The notes beneath the pieces were generated by a model. It had not been told where the DNA came from, did no database searches, and saw only the letters and a list, made by a program, of their open reading frames with translations. A stretch of DNA of 63,073 bases, from assembly GCA_040882355.1 (NCBI GenBank), contig JBBEBM010000070.1:1-63073 (forward strand), in the 5' to 3' direction. Origin of the DNA: Dehalococcoidia bacterium. GTDB lineage: Bacteria > Chloroflexota > Dehalococcoidia > DSTF01 > RBG-16-68-14. Shown here one piece after another: positions 60,338 to 63,073 of the stretch. A program made the position numbers and the translations under genes. Numbering within the stretch: the stretch's first letter is position 1; each line of letters starts with the position of its first letter.

Positions 60338-60387
60338 GGTCTGAGGCAGTCTAGCACGCGTCCCGCCTAACGAGAACGAGCATGGGC

Positions 60388-61794
60388 CTACCGCCGCCGG
60401 AGCTTGCCGAGCCCGTCGTAGGCGGCGTACTTGTAGAGGTCCGAGAGCGTGGGGAAGTTGAAGACGCTCTCGATGAAAAAGTCCAGCGTTCCCTCGAAGT
60501 GCATGCACGCTTGCCCGATGTGGATCAGCTCCGATGCCTGCTCGCCGATGACGTGCACGCCGAGCACCCGGCGGTCGCCCGGGTCAAAGAGCAGCTTGAC
60601 CAGCCCTGTGGTGTCGCCCAGGATCTGCGCCCGCGGGTTGATCCGGTAGGAGGCCCGCCCCACCAAGTACGGCCGCTTCTTCACTTGCAGCGACTGCTCC
60701 GTTGCGCCCACCATCGAGACCTCCGGTATTGTGTAGATCGCCTGGGGCACCAGGTTCGAGACGTGCTGCTTGTACTCGAAGCGGAAGGCGTCGCAGACGG
60801 CGACGCGAGCCTGCTCCATCGATGTCGAAGCGAGCGCCGGCGGGCCGATCACATCCCCCGCCGCGTAGATATTCGGCACGGCCGTCTGAAAGCGCTCGTT
60901 CACCTGGACCAGACCGCGCGTGCTCGTCCGCACGCCGAGTTGCTCGAGCCCGAGCTTGTCGGTGTTGCCGCTGCGCCCGCCGGAGAAAAGCAGGGCCTCG
61001 CATGACAGCTCTTCGCCACGTTCGAGCGTGATGCAGACGCCACGCTGGCCTGCGATCTCGATTCGCCTCACGACCTGGCCAAGCCGCAACCAGACGCCGA
61101 GCGTTCCCATGCGCTCCGCCAGGATGTTCGAGACCTCACGGTCCAGGGACGGCAGGAGCTGCTCGCGGCCGTCGATCAGGATCACCTCGATGCCCAGCGC
61201 AGCGAAGAGCGTCGCGTACTCGCTGCCGACAACACCGGCCCCGATTACGATGAGCGACCTCGGGATGTGCTTGAGATGAAGGAGGCTATCGGAGTCGTAG
61301 ACGGCACGGCCATCGAATGGCACATCGGGCGGGCGGAACGGCCGGGAGCCGGTCGCGATCAGGAGCACCTCGCCGGTGAGCCGGACCGGCGCGCCGTCGA
61401 GACGGCTCACGAGGACCGTGTGCGCGTCCTCGATCGTCGCCGTGCCGTGATAGAACTCGATGCTGTGCCGACGGATGTTCTCCTCAACCAGCATCTGGTG
61501 GCCGTGGACGATGCCGCGCTCGCGCCGGATCAGGTCGTCCACGGTCACCTCCTCGTCGAACCGGTAGTCGACGCCGTAGAGCCCGCGCTGACGGAAGCCT
61601 GAGAGGTAGAGAGCGGTCTCGCGCAACGTCTTGCTCGGCAAGGTGCCCGTGTTCACGGCCGTTCCGCCCACGTCGCGGCCCTCGATCAACGCGACACGCT
61701 TGCCGAAGTACGCGGCCTGGGCGGCGCCTTTCTCGCCCGCCGGCCCCGCGCCGATCACTATCAGGTCGTACTTGAGCGCGCTATCGCTGGCCAT
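60388..61794 (-). CDS. sthA: Soluble pyridine nucleotide transhydrogenase
   Basis: IGAGPAG, GTLPSKTLRE without the redox CxxxxC, GAGVVGSEYA, ASTSMEQAR, FNFPTL. Confidence 0.88.
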   Translation of the reverse strand: MASDSALKYDLIVIGAGPAGEKGAAQAAYFGKRVALIEGRDVGGTAVNTGTLPSKTLRETALYLSGFRQRGLYGVDYRFDEEVTVDDLIRRERGIVHGHQMLVEENIRRHSIEFYHGTATIEDAHTVLVSRLDGAPVRLTGEVLLIATGSRPFRPPDVPFDGRAVYDSDSLLHLKHIPRSLIVIGAGVVGSEYATLFAALGIEVILIDGREQLLPSLDREVSNILAERMGTLGVWLRLGQVVRRIEIAGQRGVCITLERGEELSCEALLFSGGRSGNTDKLGLEQLGVRTSTRGLVQVNERFQTAVPNIYAAGDVIGPPALASTSMEQARVAVCDAFRFEYKQHVSNLVPQAIYTIPEVSMVGATEQSLQVKKRPYLVGRASYRINPRAQILGDTTGLVKLLFDPGDRRVLGVHVIGEQASELIHIGQACMHFEGTLDFFIESVFNFPTLSDLYKYAAYDGLGKLRRR

Positions 61795-61896
61795 CGAAGT
61801 CCACGAAGCAGTATAGTCGCTTCCTCGGGCGGAGATGGGGTCATGAGCAGGGCGCGACACCAGCCGCCTACGGAGCAGAGGGGCAGGCAGGACGGC

Positions 61897-63072
61897 TCAG
61901 GGGAGCGGCATCGCGCCGGTCGTGTAGTAGAGCTGCGCCTTCTGGGTGAAGAAGCCGCCATCGTCGTCCGCGTTCAACGACGCCAGGTTGTTGCCGTTGA
62001 CCGGCTCCGGGTTCGTCACGCCGTCCTCGTTCGCATCGCACGCGCACGTCGCCCCGCCGGCACCGCGCCCGAAGAGGAAGGCGACCACACCCACATCGAT
62101 GTAGTCTTGGAGATGTTGGCGCGTCGGGTCGTCCAGCAACCACTCGGGGCGGTTGTCCTGGTAGTGGTTCCAGGTGTTGTTCATGGCCCGCATCTTCGTG
62201 TTCCCGAACGGGACCTGCCAGAGGACGATGCGCTTGCCGGACACGTCGCCGAACTTGGACATGTAACGCATGTGGCGCCGGAAGTCGTTCTGGTTGAACC
62301 ACGAAGCCCCGCCGTCGCCGTAGACGTACTGCTTGAAGCCGGAGTCGCGGTCCGTGAACTCCGCAAACGCAATGTCGAAGCCTCCTTGCAGGGAGTTGTA
62401 GAAGTTGCCCGACCGCGTCGCCAGCGCGTCGACCGTCGCGTCCGGCGGGTCGCTGTAGACGATGTCGTTGCCGGTGCCCCAGATGCTCAGGTGGTAGGCG
62501 AGCACGACGTTGGGCGCGTAGAGATCGCGAAGCCGGTCGACAGCGCGCGCGAAACCGGAGAAGTTGTCGGGCAAGCCGGCCAGGTCGGCGAGACCCGTCG
62601 CCGCCACCTTGGCGGGCACCGTGGCAGCATCGTCATTGCTGGCGCGTTGCTGCATGAACCCCCACAGGTCGGGTTCGACGTGGAGGACGACCATGTCGTT
62701 CGGGAACGCTCCCGCCCGCTGGAAGAGGAGCTTGAGGTCGTTGAAGTAAGCCGTCATGGTGCTCACGTTCTGAAGGTTGTTGAAGTTGGCGTTTCCCTCG
62801 CCTCCTGAGGCGCCGGGCGACGACTGGAACAGCATGTAGTACGTGAACACGGGGATCATCCCGTGGTCGATCGAATCATCGATGTAGTAGGTCGCGAAGG
62901 CGCCGTTAGGGTTCCAGTTCGCCCAGCCGTTGCTGGTATTCGCGCCGCCGGCCAGGTACTGGTAGCGGAAACCGTAGTCCGTCGTCGCGGCCATGGCTGC
63001 GGCGCCGCCCGGGCCGCTCGACAGACCCAGCTGCAGCGCTGCCGGCCAGCCTGATGGCAGCGCCGGCAGCGA
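61897..63072 (-). CDS. Putative secreted glycoside-hydrolase-like protein (5' truncated by window edge)
   Basis: Frame stays open past ATG 62994 to the window end; RYQYLAGG, HVEPDLWG, WQVPFGN; aromatic/Asn-rich. Confidence 0.65.
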   Translation of the reverse strand, partial: SLPALPSGWPAALQLGLSSGPGGAAAMAATTDYGFRYQYLAGGANTSNGWANWNPNGAFATYYIDDSIDHGMIPVFTYYMLFQSSPGASGGEGNANFNNLQNVSTMTAYFNDLKLLFQRAGAFPNDMVVLHVEPDLWGFMQQRASNDDAATVPAKVAATGLADLAGLPDNFSGFARAVDRLRDLYAPNVVLAYHLSIWGTGNDIVYSDPPDATVDALATRSGNFYNSLQGGFDIAFAEFTDRDSGFKQYVYGDGGASWFNQNDFRRHMRYMSKFGDVSGKRIVLWQVPFGNTKMRAMNNTWNHYQDNRPEWLLDDPTRQHLQDYIDVGVVAFLFGRGAGGATCACDANEDGVTNPEPVNGNNLASLNADDDGGFFTQKAQLYYTTGAMPLP

Positions 63073-63073
63073 A

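Overview
GC-rich bacterial chromosome segment with one 10-N scaffold gap at 31349-31358. The gene content (T-box-led trp operon, EF-G2, F420-type PPOX protein, LPXTG-like Thr/Pro surface proteins, DUF4258/DUF2283 pair) suggests a Chloroflexota/Dehalococcoidia-like organism; this is an inference. In order: pstSCAB-phoU; a dTDP-sugar/glycosyltransferase envelope locus (rfbA-rfbB-rfbD, a mucin-like LPSTG protein, GT2/GT4/WecA-like genes); accessory genes (HAD, AAC(2')-like GNAT, CoA-transferase pair, TA pair); fusA2, tyrS, ribF, a UroD-family protein, a GAF-GGDEF cyclase and scpA. Next is a ~19 kb minus-strand trp/aro operon headed by a Trp-specifier T-box, with 11 core genes interleaved with 10 passenger genes. 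It is followed by a ~9.3 kb array of five paralogous GT4 glycosyltransferases and three SAM methyltransferases, then sthA and a truncated glycoside-hydrolase-like gene. Several GTAG-type REP palindromes, including a 144-bp-period BIME-like array, lie between genes. I saw no CRISPR array, rRNA, tRNA, prophage or transposase. All calls come from reading the sequence and recalled family motifs; no database searches were run.
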